64,000 nt of DNA from Paraspadella gotoi (Eukaryota > Animalia > Chaetognatha). Shown piece after piece: positions 63,231 to 64,000 of this stretch. A model generated the notes under the pieces. It made no database searches. It was not told where the DNA came from and worked only from the letters and a program-made list of their open reading frames with translations. The stretch spans positions 894,272 through 958,271 of the forward strand of contig CM119269.1 in assembly GCA_051294375.1 (NCBI GenBank). The letters run 5' to 3'. A program made the position numbers and the translations under genes. Every line of letters begins with the position of its first letter. Positions within the stretch are counted from its first letter, which is position 1.

Positions 63231-64000
63231 TACTTTTTGATAAATTCCCACAAGTTTCAACTCTTGAACCAACCATTCCTTACCTCTCAGCCCTGCAGGC
63301 ACGAATCCTGAGCCCAGCGGCAGCGGCGAGACCGCGAAATCTCCCAACTGGATCGTCGTCGAAATGACGAGAGACTCGAACGAAATTCTCCATCGCGTTT
63401 AGCGGCACGAAGGCGCGCCACTTTTGCGTCGTCTTGCGACTGGCTGCGGAGAGGGTGTTGATGCCGATCGAATAAAAGATAAAGTTGCGGAAAAACATGG
63501 AATTTCTATTAACAAGGTGTGGCATGGTTCTCTTTGTAAAGCGCAATCAATTTTTGTTCTACTTTCCTTTTCTTATTCCTTTTTTCGTGTCTTAACAAAT
63601 GAGCAACCGACTAAAGGCGAGTTATGAGCATTTTTAACGGAAGTGGGACAGACCGACCGCAAACGGACAGAAGGACAGATCTAGACAGAAAAGCCTCTTA
63701 TAGCAGAAAAACGAGACTAAAACAAAAAATAAAACTGAGTTTCAAAATCAGCAGCAAAAACTAGAAAAAAAAAAAGAAGAAAGATTAATAACAAATACAA
63801 ATTAACAAAACCCCAAAAAGTAATTTAAAAACATCCCAGAACCTTCCAAGAAATTCCTGTAAGAGATGGGAAAAGCGAAGAGAAATCTTCCTCCGCTCCT
63901 CAGCGACAGACGCGTGTTATTCAACGTCGTCCTCCAATCTCTGACGTAGTGAAGGGCGTTGACGGAATGGACGAGATCGAAGGCGGACGACCAGTTCCAG
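62974..64000 (-). CDS. Class I SAM methyltransferase, JHAMT-like, 3' part. Exons 63843-64000 (runs off the window), 63284-63443, 62974-63190
   Basis: FDLVHSVNALHYVRDWRTTLNNTRLSLRSGGRFLF (methyltransferase motifs II-III); KWRAFV...HFDDDP...AGL and SPLIRHVPPELKEELMDDLVEE...YEYLIVHGEK resemble the JHAMT C-terminal half. Junctions are in phase. Confidence 0.78.

Overview
AT-rich, microsatellite-laden animal (invertebrate-type) genomic DNA with short spliceosomal introns; it is not prokaryotic, and most short ORFs in the supplied track are microsatellite or antisense artefacts. Genes reconstructed by hand-splicing, left to right: 3' end of a Ser/Pro-rich gene (+), synaptotagmin-4/11 (+), a divergent peptide-receptor-type rhodopsin GPCR with one frameshift (+), an orphan tail-anchored protein (+), TTLL5 with a 4.5-kb terminal exon and an upstream RFX X-box (-), BMPER/crossveinless-2 lacking the GDPH autocleavage motif (-), a degraded coding-like region, a 71-aa signal-pro-KR-8Cys peptide precursor (-), a Reeler-domain defence protein (-), and the 3' part of a JHAMT-like methyltransferase (-). 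Mobile DNA includes an LTR-internal-LTR-internal-LTR array resembling a tandem TRIM with two solo LTRs, a Tc1/mariner-type MITE, a tRNA-type SINE and an unclassified dispersed repeat. The strongest candidates for novelty are the miniature LTR array and the Cys-rich peptide beside the Reeler gene. Scattered single-base indels suggest an imperfectly polished assembly, so frameshifts are treated cautiously. All family calls rest on remembered motifs, not on database searches.
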